Shown here: piece by piece, positions 48,189-57,784 of the stretch
How the letters are laid out: the number at the start of each line of letters is the position of its first letter
Position numbering within the stretch: position 1 is the stretch's first letter
Assembly (NCBI GenBank): GCA_036312945.1
Contig: JAXJNA010000044.1
Coordinates: forward strand, 4,810 to 68,809
Source: Anaerostipes hadrus
GTDB taxonomy: Bacteria > Bacillota > Clostridia > Lachnospirales > Lachnospiraceae
Direction: 5' to 3'
DNA: 64,000 bases
Position numbers and translations under genes: made by a program
The notes under the pieces: model-generated
Seen by the model: the letters and a program-made list of their open reading frames with translations, nothing else
Told to the model about the DNA's origin: nothing
Databases searched by the model: none

Positions 48189-49122
48189 AGATCCCCTTTT
48201 CTTTTAATATTGTAAGCATATATGTTAAAATCTCATCTTCTGACCCAAATTGTGATTTATCTACCATGCAGACTTCCTTTTCTCTTCCAAACCAGGTCAG
48301 CTGACGCTTTGCAAAATGTCTGGTATCTTTCTTGATCTGTTCGATCGTATCCTCCAAGGAGAGATTTCCTTCTAAATACTCAAACACCTGACGATACCCG
48401 ATTCCCTGCATGGAAACCATTGTTTTTTCATATCCTTCTTCTTTTAATCGTTTTACCTCATCGATCAACCCTTGTTCCGCCATGATATCAACACGGCGAT
48501 TGATCCTGTCATATAAAACATCTCTTTTGTGATTTAATACAAAATAAGCAAAATTATATGGTGAGGTCTTTGCTGCTTCCTTCTCATTATGCTCTGAGAT
48601 CGGATATCCATTTAATTTATAAAATTCTAATGCACGGATCACCCGCTTTACATTATTTTTATGAATCTTTTCTGTAGATTTTGGATCGACTTGTTTTAAC
48701 ATCTCGTATAAACTGTCGTTTCCTTCTGTTTTAGCTTTTTCTTCCAGTTGTTTTCTGTATTCCTGATCTCCATCTTCCTTTGTGAAATCAATATCATATA
48801 AAAGACTTTGGATATAGAATCCTGTTCCACCGACGATCAGTGGAATCTTGCCTTTTGCATAGATTTCCTTTAGGGCATCTTTTGCCATCTGCTGAAATCT
48901 CGCTACATGAAATTCTTCTTTAGGGTCAAGTTCATCTACCAGATAATGCTTGATCCCTTCCATCTCTTCCGGCATGATCTTGGCAGTTCCGATATCCATC
49001 TTCTTATAAACCTGCATAGAATCTGCGGAAATGATCTCTGCATCTAAGATCTTTGCTAAGCGGATCGACAGTTCTGTTTTTCCAACCGCTGTCGGTCCTG
49101 TTAAAATTACCATTGGTTTCAT
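48160..49122 (-). CDS. miaA: tRNA dimethylallyltransferase
   Basis: 320 aa. P-loop GPTAVGKT and SADSMQVYK. Confidence 0.95.
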   Translation of the reverse strand: MKPMVILTGPTAVGKTELSIRLAKILDAEIISADSMQVYKKMDIGTAKIMPEEMEGIKHYLVDELDPKEEFHVARFQQMAKDALKEIYAKGKIPLIVGGTGFYIQSLLYDIDFTKEDGDQEYRKQLEEKAKTEGNDSLYEMLKQVDPKSTEKIHKNNVKRVIRALEFYKLNGYPISEHNEKEAAKTSPYNFAYFVLNHKRDVLYDRINRRVDIMAEQGLIDEVKRLKEEGYEKTMVSMQGIGYRQVFEYLEGNLSLEDTIEQIKKDTRHFAKRQLTWFGREKEVCMVDKSQFGSEDEILTYMLTILKEKGIYDGSVKELL

Positions 49123-49126
49123 CTAT

Positions 49127-49504
49127 TTAAAATCCTTTCGGCATAAGTTCTAATAATCGATATGTTTCAAATCCATCCGGGCTTTGACAGATCACTTTCA
49201 GATCTGGATTGAATTCATGTAGAAACTGGCGGCAGATCCCACATGGATAGACTGTTTCTCTGTCGCTGCCATTGGATGCGATCGCGATCATTTCAAAGTC
49301 ATGATATCCTTCACTGACAGCTTTGACTGCCGCTGTTCTCTCTGCACAAATGGCTGCTCCGTAAGAAGAATTTTCCACATTACACCCGGTGAATACTTTT
49401 CCTTCTTTGGTAAGAATTGCTGCTCCTACCTGAAATCTGGAATATGGCGCGTATGCTTTCTCTTTTGCTTTATCTGCAAGATCTAATAATTCCTGATCTG
49501 TCAT
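49127..49504 (-). CDS. cdd: cytidine deaminase
   Basis: 125 aa. Zinc ligand motifs CAERTA and PCGICRQ. Confidence 0.93.
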   Translation of the reverse strand: MTDQELLDLADKAKEKAYAPYSRFQVGAAILTKEGKVFTGCNVENSSYGAAICAERTAAVKAVSEGYHDFEMIAIASNGSDRETVYPCGICRQFLHEFNPDLKVICQSPDGFETYRLLELMPKGF

Positions 49505-49529
49505 AGTCTTCCCTCCTTGTCTGGTTTCA

Positions 49530-51464
49530 CTATACGATCCTCTTAAACTTCTTGTCTATCTCATACTTACTCATCTTGATGATCGTTGGTCTTCCATGTG
49601 GACACTGGTATGGATTTTCCAGTTTCATCAGTTCATCTAAAAGATGTTCTACTTCCATTAACGATACTCTCTGATTTCCCTTGATCGACATCTTACATGC
49701 CATTGTCGCAATCTTTGATGCGATCACTTCTGTATCCAATGTACCATTTTCCTGACTTACCGCATCTAAAAGTTCCATAAATAAGTCTCTTTCCCCGATC
49801 CCATAGAGATTGGCTGGAACTTCCCGGATACAATATTCATTCCCACCAAAAGATTCGATCGTAAATCCTAGACCTGCGAATGCATCTTTGTACCTTGTTA
49901 ACGCTTCTGCTTCCGTCATAGAAACCGTCACAACCATCGGCGGTTCTAATCTCTGGCTATATATTTCTTTTTCTTTGAAATTCTTCATCAGCCTCTCATA
50001 ATTGACTTTTTCATGTGCTGCATGCTGGTCCATGATGAATAACTGGTCTTCATACTCAATAAGCCAATATGTCTTAAAGAGCTGGCCTAAGATCTTGCGG
50101 TCAGGTCTTGCCTGAACTGAAAATACTGGATCTTCTCTTAGTGTCATCTGATTGTTACTTAGTTCATCTGTCTTATATTGTGGAAATTCTTTTTTCTGAG
50201 TATTGTAGTTTAAACCTGCATAGGTCGCTTTCTTTGTATTTTTTGATGATTCGCTGGCTGTTGGTGTTTTCTTTACAGGGTGTGTCAGCTTTTCAACCTG
50301 TTGTTGTACACCTTGCCCTTGCTGATCCACCTTCTGAACCTCTTCTTTCCTTCGGTTCACCTTCTGAACTTCTTCTTTCCTTCGATTCACCTCAAATGGC
50401 TCAGGCTTTTTTACTTCTTTTGCCTTCGGCAATTCTTTCTTCTTCGGTGTCTCTCTTAATACATCCTGCACCAGATCTTTCTGAAGTAATGCCGCTCTGA
50501 CTGCATCTACTACAAGCTCATAGATTTCCCTTCCATTTCGGAAACGAATCTCCATCTTTGTCGGATGAACATTCACATCTAGCAGTTCCTGATCGATCTT
50601 GAAATCAAGGCAGACAAATGGATATCTGTGTTTCATCGTAAAGGTGCGGTATCCTTCTTCGATCGCTTTGTAAATGATCGAGCTTTTGATATATCTTCCA
50701 TTGATAAAGTAGCTCTCATAGTTTCTGTTTCCTCTGGAAACATACGGTTTTGCAACAAATCCCGTGACTTTCACATCTTCATTTTGTGCTTCTATCGGGA
50801 TCAATGCTCCTGCCACATCTCGCCCATAAATATGATAGATGATGTCCTTTACCTTACCATTTCCAGAAGTGTAAATCTTATTTTTATTGTTATGGATAAA
50901 TTTAAATGAGATTTCCGGATGACTTAGGGCAATGTGTACCATCATCTGTTCCACATACCCTGCTTCGGTTGTCGCACTCTTTAAGAATTTTCTTCTTGCT
51001 GGCGTATTATAAAACAGATTCTTTACCAGAAATGTTGTTCCATCGGGTGCTCCGATATCTTCAAAAGCTTCTTCCTCGCCTCCATAGATCTTATAGGATA
51101 CTCCGCTGAAACTTTCTGCAGTCTTCGTTACCAGCTCAACCTGTGCAACTGCGCTGATACTTGATAATGCCTCTCCTCGAAATCCAAGGGAAGATACACT
51201 TAACAGATCTTCAACCGAACGGATCTTGCTTGTCGCATGACGTAAAAATGCAGTCTTTACCTGATCTTTTGGAATTCCGATCCCATTGTCAGTTACCCTG
51301 ATCAATGTCATTCCGCCGTCTTTGATCTCCACAGTCACTGCATTTGCCTTTGCATCCACTGCATTTTCCACAAGCTCTTTGACAACAGAAGCTGGCCGTT
51401 CAATAACTTCTCCTGCCGCAATATTATCGATCGTCTTTTGATCTAGTAATTGTATCTTCGCCAT
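49530..51464 (-). CDS. mutL: DNA mismatch repair protein MutL
   Basis: 644 aa. GHKL ATPase N-domain (AAGEVIERPASVVKELVENAVDA, DNGIGI), a disordered linker, and a C-terminal dimerisation/endonuclease domain (DQHAAHEK). Confidence 0.96.
   Translation of the reverse strand: MAKIQLLDQKTIDNIAAGEVIERPASVVKELVENAVDAKANAVTVEIKDGGMTLIRVTDNGIGIPKDQVKTAFLRHATSKIRSVEDLLSVSSLGFRGEALSSISAVAQVELVTKTAESFSGVSYKIYGGEEEAFEDIGAPDGTTFLVKNLFYNTPARRKFLKSATTEAGYVEQMMVHIALSHPEISFKFIHNNKNKIYTSGNGKVKDIIYHIYGRDVAGALIPIEAQNEDVKVTGFVAKPYVSRGNRNYESYFINGRYIKSSIIYKAIEEGYRTFTMKHRYPFVCLDFKIDQELLDVNVHPTKMEIRFRNGREIYELVVDAVRAALLQKDLVQDVLRETPKKKELPKAKEVKKPEPFEVNRRKEEVQKVNRRKEEVQKVDQQGQGVQQQVEKLTHPVKKTPTASESSKNTKKATYAGLNYNTQKKEFPQYKTDELSNNQMTLREDPVFSVQARPDRKILGQLFKTYWLIEYEDQLFIMDQHAAHEKVNYERLMKNFKEKEIYSQRLEPPMVVTVSMTEAEALTRYKDAFAGLGFTIESFGGNEYCIREVPANLYGIGERDLFMELLDAVSQENGTLDTEVIASKIATMACKMSIKGNQRVSLMEVEHLLDELMKLENPYQCPHGRPTIIKMSKYEIDKKFKRIV
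50328..50392. repeat. 30-bp tandem direct repeat (2.2 copies) inside the mutL linker
   Basis: CACCTTCTGAAC(C/T)TCTTCTTTCCTTCG(G/A)TT occurs twice, followed by CACCT. It encodes VNRRKEEVQK twice. Confidence 0.85.
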
Positions 51465-51468
51465 AAAA

Positions 51469-54096
51469 TTACTCCTCGTTCTTTAACTTCTCCTGTAACA
51501 CATATAAATAATTCAATGCTTCAAGCGGTGTCATGTCAGAAAGGTCTTTTTCTCTTAGTTCTGCCATAAATGGATGTTCCATCGTTGGTTCATCGCTTTC
51601 TCTGAAGAAACTTAACTGTTGTGCCTCTCCATATGGCATGATATCCTTCGCTCCTGACGTCAGATCATGTTCTTCTAATTCTCTTGCGATCTCTTTTGCT
51701 CGATTGATCACGGCATCTGGGACTCCGGCAAGTTTTGCAACCTGTACTCCATAACTCTTATCTGCACCACCTTTTACGATCTTACGCAGGAACACAATGT
51801 CATCTCCCTGTTCTTTGACAGCAATGCAGTAGTTATGTACACTGTCAATCTTACCTTCTAACTCTGTCAGTTCATGATAATGTGTTGCAAACAGAGTTTT
51901 TGCACCTAGGAGCTTTGAATTGCTGATATATTCCACAACTGCCCATGCAATAGACAACCCATCAAATGTACTCGTTCCACGTCCGATCTCGTCTAAGATC
52001 AACAAACTGTTTTTCGTTGCATTTCTTAAAATATTGGCAACTTCACTCATCTCAACCATAAATGTACTCTGTCCAGAAGCAAGATCATCTGATGCTCCAA
52101 CCCTTGTAAAGATACGATCTACGATACCGATATTTGCTTTCGCCGCTGGTACAAAGGAACCAATCTGTGCCATTAATACGATCAGGGCAACCTGTCTCAT
52201 ATAAGTTGATTTACCTGCCATGTTTGGTCCCGTGATGATCGCTACACGATTCTTCTTGTTATCAAGATATGTATCATTAGAAATAAACATATCATTTGGG
52301 ATCACCTGCTCCACAACCGGATGTCTTCCATCCTTGATATCAATCGTCCCTCTGACATTTAACTTCGGACGTACAAAGTGATTGCGTTCTGCGACATATG
52401 CAAGGGAAGCAAGTGCATCGATCTGTGCGATCACATTCGCTGTTCTTGAGATTCGTTCCATCTCTCCTGCTAATGTTTCACGGATCATAACATAAGTTTC
52501 ATATTCTAACGCATACAGACGGTCTTCGGAACCTAGGATCGTATCCGCCAGCTGGTTTAATTCTTCGGTTGTGTAACGCTCGGAATTGGCCAGTGTCTGC
52601 TTACGGATATAATGATCAGGTACAAGATCTTTGTAGGAATTTGTTACATCTAAATAGTACCCAAATACTTTATTGAACTTGATCTTTAAGTTCTTGATCC
52701 CCGTTTTTTCACGTTCCCGTTCCTCAAGTTCCATCAACCATTGCTTTCCTTCTGTTTTGGCACGTTTTAATTTGTCTATATCTTCCTTGAATCCTTCTTT
52801 GATGATCCCACCTTCTTTGATCGCAAGCGGTGGTTCTTCAATGATAGAATCTTCCAAAAGATTGTGGATATCTTCTAATGGATCTAAATCTTCTCTTAAT
52901 CCAGACAATAATGGATCTTTGCATTCTTCAAGAACTGTTTTGATCGCAGGCAGCAATTCCAGCGATGTTTTAAATGCGATCATATCTCTTGGATTCGCTG
53001 TCTTATAACTTACTTTTGTCATTAAACGTTCCAGATCATAGATCGGATTTAAGTATTCTCTTAATTCTTCTCTTACGATCGTCTGATCGGTAAGTGTTGT
53101 GATCGCATCGTATCTCTCTTCGATCTTTTTCTTGTCCACCAATGGCTGCTCTACCATGTTTCTTAGCATTCTGGCACCCATAGCTGTTTTTGTCTTATCT
53201 AAGACCCATAAGAGTGAACCTTTTTTTTGTTTATCACGTAATGTCTCACAAAGTTCCAAATTTCTACGGCTGGAGCTGTCGATGATCATAAATTCACTTG
53301 TCTCATAAGATTCAATATGCATCAGATGATCCAGAGAGCTCTTCTGTGTCTCATGAAGATATCCAAGCAATGCACCCGTTGCGATCACTCCCATTGGATG
53401 ATCCAAAAGTCCAAGACCTTCTAAATTCCCTACTTTGAACTGACGCTTGATCCTTTCCTCTGCCTGTTCTTCATCAAAATGGTATGGCTCAATGCTTGAG
53501 ATCACGATCGACATCTTGTCTTTTAAGTAATCAAAATCCATGCCGCTGATCAAAAATGCATCATTACAGATGATCTCTGCCGGCTCGAACTTGAAGATCT
53601 CATCTCTGACTTTCGCTAAACTGTCCATGGATGTTGTTCTAAAATCACCCGTTGTAACATCAACAAACGAAATTCCGTAACTTCCATCATTTGCAAAAAT
53701 ACACATCAGATAGTTATTCTTCTCATCATCAAGGCTCTGCTGGGAAATATTCGTTCCTGGCGTTACAATACGCACGATCTCTCGTTTTACGATTCCCTTT
53801 GCCTGGCTTGGATCTTCGACCTGCTCACAGATCCCGACTTTATATCCTTTTTCTACTAATTTATTTAAATAGGAATCCACAGCATGATAAGGAACGCCAC
53901 ACATTGGTGCGCGCTCCTCAAGTCCACAGTTCTTCCCGGTTAATGTGATCTCTAATTCTTTGGATGCTGTCAGTGCATCATCAAAGAACATCTCATAGAA
54001 ATCTCCGAGACGATAAAATAAGATACAATCCTTATTCTCTTCTTTGATCTGCATATACTGTTGCATCATTGGTGTCAGTTTTCCTTTTTTAGCCAT
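51469..54096 (-). CDS. mutS: DNA mismatch repair protein MutS
   Basis: The ATG at 54094-54096 (MAKKGKLTPMMQQYMQIK) overlaps the miaB stop. Walker A GPNMAGKST and DEIGRGTST. Confidence 0.96.
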   Translation of the reverse strand: MAKKGKLTPMMQQYMQIKEENKDCILFYRLGDFYEMFFDDALTASKELEITLTGKNCGLEERAPMCGVPYHAVDSYLNKLVEKGYKVGICEQVEDPSQAKGIVKREIVRIVTPGTNISQQSLDDEKNNYLMCIFANDGSYGISFVDVTTGDFRTTSMDSLAKVRDEIFKFEPAEIICNDAFLISGMDFDYLKDKMSIVISSIEPYHFDEEQAEERIKRQFKVGNLEGLGLLDHPMGVIATGALLGYLHETQKSSLDHLMHIESYETSEFMIIDSSSRRNLELCETLRDKQKKGSLLWVLDKTKTAMGARMLRNMVEQPLVDKKKIEERYDAITTLTDQTIVREELREYLNPIYDLERLMTKVSYKTANPRDMIAFKTSLELLPAIKTVLEECKDPLLSGLREDLDPLEDIHNLLEDSIIEEPPLAIKEGGIIKEGFKEDIDKLKRAKTEGKQWLMELEEREREKTGIKNLKIKFNKVFGYYLDVTNSYKDLVPDHYIRKQTLANSERYTTEELNQLADTILGSEDRLYALEYETYVMIRETLAGEMERISRTANVIAQIDALASLAYVAERNHFVRPKLNVRGTIDIKDGRHPVVEQVIPNDMFISNDTYLDNKKNRVAIITGPNMAGKSTYMRQVALIVLMAQIGSFVPAAKANIGIVDRIFTRVGASDDLASGQSTFMVEMSEVANILRNATKNSLLILDEIGRGTSTFDGLSIAWAVVEYISNSKLLGAKTLFATHYHELTELEGKIDSVHNYCIAVKEQGDDIVFLRKIVKGGADKSYGVQVAKLAGVPDAVINRAKEIARELEEHDLTSGAKDIMPYGEAQQLSFFRESDEPTMEHPFMAELREKDLSDMTPLEALNYLYVLQEKLKNEE

Positions 54097-55501
54097 GGAT
54101 CTGCTCTCCCATATAATAGAAACCTTTTTCCTCAACTAATTTAACATCTGCCATTGTACCAATCTGCTCTTTGCATCCTTTAAAATGAACTAACAGGTTA
54201 TTTTCCAATCTTCCTGTTAACATTCCTTCTTCATGCGTATTCTCTTCTTCGATCAGAACTCTCTCGATATCTCCGACTTTCTTCTTGCAATTCTTTGCAG
54301 ATGTCTCTTTTAATAAGGCAAGAAGTCTGTCAAAACGATCTTTGATCACATCTTTGTCTACCTGATCTTCCATGCTCGCTGCTGGTGTTCCGGAACGTTT
54401 CGAATATACATATGTGTATGCACTGTCAAATCCAACTTCTCTTACAACATCTAATGTCTCCTTGAAATCTTCTTCTGTCTCTCCAGGGAATCCTACGATA
54501 ATATCTGTTGTAAAAGACACCCCAGGGATTCTCTCCTGAATCTTCTTAGCAAGTGCCACATACTGTTCTTTTGTATAATGACGATTCATCAATTTTAACA
54601 GTCGGCTGCTTCCTGACTGCATTGGAAGATGCATATGTTTACATACTTTCTTGCTTGTTGCCATCACTTCGATCAGATCATCCGATAAATCCTTTGGATG
54701 TGGTGTCATAAAACGGATTCTTTCTAATCCTTCGACTTTCTCTACTTCTCTTAATAATTCAGCAAATGACATTGGGTCTTCTAATGTCTTTCCATAAGAA
54801 TTTACATTCTGTCCAAGAAGCATCACTTCTTTGACACCTTCTGATACGACCTGCTTTACTTCTTTGATGATATCTTCCGGCTTACGGCTTCTTTCTCTTC
54901 CTCTTACATATGGCACGATACAGTAACTGCAGAAGTTATTGCATCCATACATAATATTAACTCCACATTTGAATGAGAATTTACGGTCACTTGGAAGATC
55001 TTCCACGATCTGGTCTGTATCTTTCCAGATATCAACGATCATTCCCTTGGAGTCTACTCTTGCTTTTAATAATTCTGCTAATTTAAAGATATTGTGTGTT
55101 CCAAAGATGATATCTACAAATTTGTAGCTTGAACGAATCTTCTCGATCACATGCTCTTCCTGCATCATACATCCACATAACCCGATCATCATCTGTGGAT
55201 TTCTCTCTTTCATCTTCTTAACCTGCCCCAAATGTCCATATAATTTTGTATTGGCATTCTCACGAACTGTACATGTATTAAAGATCAGGAAGTCTGCTTC
55301 TTCTGTTTCAACTTCTTCATATCCAATCGTTTCTAAGATCCCTAATAACTTTTCAGAGTCTTTTTCGTTCATCTGACACCCAAATGTAGTTACATGGCAT
55401 GTGAGCTTTCTTCCTAATTCTTCGGACTTTTTCTGAACCCATTTTTTCATTTCTTCCATATATTCATACTGTCTTGACGACTCGTTCTTTAACTGTTCCA
55501 T
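54089..55501 (-). CDS. miaB: tRNA-i6A37 methylthiotransferase MiaB
   Basis: AGGAG lies before the ATG at 55499-55501. The longer track ORF would contain the gene's own promoter. Radical SAM cluster CNNFCSYCIVP, MTTase N-domain and TRAM domain. Confidence 0.93.
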   Translation of the reverse strand: MEQLKNESSRQYEYMEEMKKWVQKKSEELGRKLTCHVTTFGCQMNEKDSEKLLGILETIGYEEVETEEADFLIFNTCTVRENANTKLYGHLGQVKKMKERNPQMMIGLCGCMMQEEHVIEKIRSSYKFVDIIFGTHNIFKLAELLKARVDSKGMIVDIWKDTDQIVEDLPSDRKFSFKCGVNIMYGCNNFCSYCIVPYVRGRERSRKPEDIIKEVKQVVSEGVKEVMLLGQNVNSYGKTLEDPMSFAELLREVEKVEGLERIRFMTPHPKDLSDDLIEVMATSKKVCKHMHLPMQSGSSRLLKLMNRHYTKEQYVALAKKIQERIPGVSFTTDIIVGFPGETEEDFKETLDVVREVGFDSAYTYVYSKRSGTPAASMEDQVDKDVIKDRFDRLLALLKETSAKNCKKKVGDIERVLIEEENTHEEGMLTGRLENNLLVHFKGCKEQIGTMADVKLVEEKGFYYMGEQIHG

Positions 55502-55553
55502 TCTATTATTTCTCCTACTTTTATAATTCATCTCTATTTTTACAGTATCTTTG

Positions 55554-55582
55554 ATTATAACAAATTTGAATGGGTCATGCAA
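55554..55582 (-). promoter_or_regulatory. near-consensus sigma-A promoter of miaB-mutS-mutL
   Basis: Minus strand TTGCAT (55577-55582), 17-nt spacer, TATAAT (55554-55559). Confidence 0.6.
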
Positions 55583-55731
55583 TGTATATGAGAAAAACGA
55601 AACAACAGAATAAGGGAGCCAGACCAGATTGTTTAGACCTTTTAAAATCTATCGGTTGTTTAAATCTTTAATAAAAATCCAATACCATACAACATACACA
55701 TTTGTGGTGGTTTGAATAGCGTAGATTATTT

Positions 55732-55887
55732 GAATATTATAAAAAGACGGATAGGTATCTGAAACCGTAGGAGCACGCATGCACTTAGTGAGTGGTAGGT
55801 CGTAAGACCTGCCAGGAGCTTAGTACATCTGCGTGCGAGTCGAGCGAGAGTGCGTTTCAGATACCTATCCGTCTTTTTATAATATTC
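55732..55887. repeat. 156-nt palindromic hairpin element: perfect 34-bp terminal inverted repeats around a GC-rich, asymmetric, foldable 88-nt core. Candidate structured sRNA or MITE-like element.
   Basis: 55732-55765 (GAATATTATAAAAAGACGGATAGGTATCTGAAAC) is the exact reverse complement of 55854-55887. Inner helices are 55773-79/55830-36 and 55794-801/55806-813, the latter closed by a GTAA loop. See findings. Confidence 0.8.
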
Positions 55888-55922
55888 CACCAATAATTTA
55901 CACTATCAAACTAAAATTTTTC

Positions 55923-55951
55923 TTGTCACATTGCGTTGTTTAAAGTAAAAT
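55923..55951 (+). promoter_or_regulatory. sigma-A-type promoter of the Na/Pi cotransporter gene
   Basis: TTGTCA (55923-55928), 17-nt spacer, TAAAAT (55946-55951). The RBS AAGGAG lies upstream of the ATG at 55999. Confidence 0.55.
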
Positions 55952-55998
55952 ATAAGTAATATTTATGTTAAGTTATTGTTAAGAAGGAGAACTGTCGT

Positions 55999-57681
55999 AT
56001 GAACTATACTATCATACTTGCTCTGATGGGAGGCCTTGGCCTCTTTCTTTATGGGATGAAACTGATGAGCGATGGACTTGAGAAAGCTGCCGGTGCGAAG
56101 CTTCGCCGGATTCTTGAAATATTTACTACAAACCGTTTAACGGGTATGTTAGTCGGAATCTTTTTTACCGCTGTTATTCAGTCCTCTAGTGCTGCTACTG
56201 TTATGGTAGTCAGCTTTGTAAATGCAGGGCTTATGAACCTGTCTCAGGCTGCTGGAGTTATCCTTGGTGCTAACATTGGTACTACTGTTACTTCCCAGCT
56301 TGTTTCTTTTAACCTTTCTGAAATTGCCCCTGTCTTTTTAATGGCGGGTGTTATTATGGTATTATTTATGAATAATCCTACCGTTCAGAAAGTAGGAGAA
56401 GTTATTCTTGGATTTGGTGTTTTATTTATGGGATTAACTTCCATGTCAAGTGCTATGTCTGTGTTAAGGGATTCACCTTTGATCACATCTTACCTTCAGA
56501 CACTGGATAACCATTTCCTTGGTGTTTTATTTGGATTTATCATGACTGCGATCTTACAGAGTTCTTCTGTTACTGTAAGTATCGTTCTTTTGATGGCATC
56601 TCAGGGATTATTACATCTTCCAATCTGTTTCTTTATTATTCTTGGATGTAATATGGGATCTTGTGTGTCCGCATTGCTTGCCAGCTTAAGTGGTAACAAA
56701 GGTGCAAAACGTGCTGCGATGATCCATTTCTTATTTAATGTATTTGGAAGTATCATCATCTTTACAGGACTTAGCTTTGCACTTACTCCTATCACAAACT
56801 TTTTCTTAAGTATTTCCGGTGGAAATCTTGGACGAAGTGTTGCAAATGCTCATACAACATTTAAGATCATTGAAGTGTTGTTTATGTTCCCATGTACACC
56901 TTTAGTTGTTGCATTAACAGAGAAGATCATCCGTGGAAAAGATGAAAAAGTCCACCATAATGAACTGCAGTATATTACAGAGATTTCCTTAAAATCTCCT
57001 GCAACAATGATCCCTCAGGCGAAGAATGAGTTAAAACGTATGGCTAATATGGCACAGGAGAATTTAGACCATGCCATCCACGGATTTCTAAATCAATCCG
57101 ATGAATTTGTTGATAAAGTCTATCATCGCGAAGAAGATATCAATAATGTCAGTCATGCGATCACTGATTATCTGGTGAAATCCAACCAGCTATCACTACC
57201 TTTAGCCGATCAGAAGATCTTGGGTTCCATGTTTTATGTCGTTAATGATATCGAACGTATCGGTGATCATGCAGAGAATTTTGCTGATTATACAAAAACA
57301 GAGATCAAACATAACACTGGGCTTACTGGAGATGCAAAAGAAGAGATCAACAAGATGTACACTGCTGTCTCCAAACTGTTAAAACTTTCCCTGGAATGTT
57401 TCATGGAACAAGATGGTGTCAACAAACCTGAAGAAAAGCTTGCTGAGATTGCAATTCTGGAAGCTTCGATTGACAAAATGGAACGCAGATATCAAAAACA
57501 CCATATCAAACGTCTTGCCAAAGGTGAATGTGAACCAAGAGCTGGTTTATTGTTCTCCGATATGCTTTCTGAATTAGAGCGTATTGCTGATCATAGTGTG
57601 AATATTGCTTATTCCATGAGTGATGAAGATGAAGATGAAATGCTTGCTGCTGAGAATGAAGCCCTCACTGTTAAGAATTAA
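55999..57681 (+). CDS. Na+/phosphate cotransporter family protein with C-terminal PhoU-like domains
   Basis: 560 aa. Duplicated Na_Pi_cotrans repeats (QSSSAATVMVVSFVNAG and LQSSSVTVSIVLLMA). C-terminal PhoU repeats (NDIERIGDHAEN and SELERIADHSVN). Confidence 0.92.
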   Translation: MNYTIILALMGGLGLFLYGMKLMSDGLEKAAGAKLRRILEIFTTNRLTGMLVGIFFTAVIQSSSAATVMVVSFVNAGLMNLSQAAGVILGANIGTTVTSQLVSFNLSEIAPVFLMAGVIMVLFMNNPTVQKVGEVILGFGVLFMGLTSMSSAMSVLRDSPLITSYLQTLDNHFLGVLFGFIMTAILQSSSVTVSIVLLMASQGLLHLPICFFIILGCNMGSCVSALLASLSGNKGAKRAAMIHFLFNVFGSIIIFTGLSFALTPITNFFLSISGGNLGRSVANAHTTFKIIEVLFMFPCTPLVVALTEKIIRGKDEKVHHNELQYITEISLKSPATMIPQAKNELKRMANMAQENLDHAIHGFLNQSDEFVDKVYHREEDINNVSHAITDYLVKSNQLSLPLADQKILGSMFYVVNDIERIGDHAENFADYTKTEIKHNTGLTGDAKEEINKMYTAVSKLLKLSLECFMEQDGVNKPEEKLAEIAILEASIDKMERRYQKHHIKRLAKGECEPRAGLLFSDMLSELERIADHSVNIAYSMSDEDEDEMLAAENEALTVKN

Positions 57682-57707
57682 ATTTGAGTTGAACCTAGAA
57701 TATAAGA

Positions 57708-57770
57708 AAAGGATCTGCAAACCCTTTTGATACTTTATGTATCTTTGATCTGCAGATCCTTTTTCTTTTC
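57708..57770. terminator. bidirectional intrinsic terminator between the convergent transporter gene and small-membrane-protein operon
   Basis: AAAAGGATCTGCA-(loop)-TGCAGATCCTTTTTCTTTT. There is an A-run on one side and a T-run on the other. Confidence 0.8.
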
Positions 57771-57784
57771 TCTACTTTTTTATG

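Noticed and set aside
55732-55887. Considered calling the 34-nt arms (GTTTCAGATACCTATCCGTC...) CRISPR repeats, or the hairpin SRP RNA, 6S RNA, an integron attC or group II intron domain V
   Set aside because: There are only two copies, in inverted rather than direct orientation, and no cas genes. The apical AGGUC-GUAA-GACCU helix is fully paired and lacks the SRP domain IV asymmetric and symmetric loops. The element is too short and too perfectly paired for 6S. It has no GTTRRRY core for attC. It does not fit the 34-nt domain V geometry. It is kept as an unclassified element in the findings.
55630-55945. Three TTGTTTA(A/G)A motifs (about 55639, 55665 and 55935) near the Na/Pi transporter promoter, considered as possible Pho boxes
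   Set aside because: Spacing is irregular, orientation relative to either promoter is inconsistent, and the motif does not match the remembered PhoP TT(A/T/C)ACA repeat. There is insufficient support.
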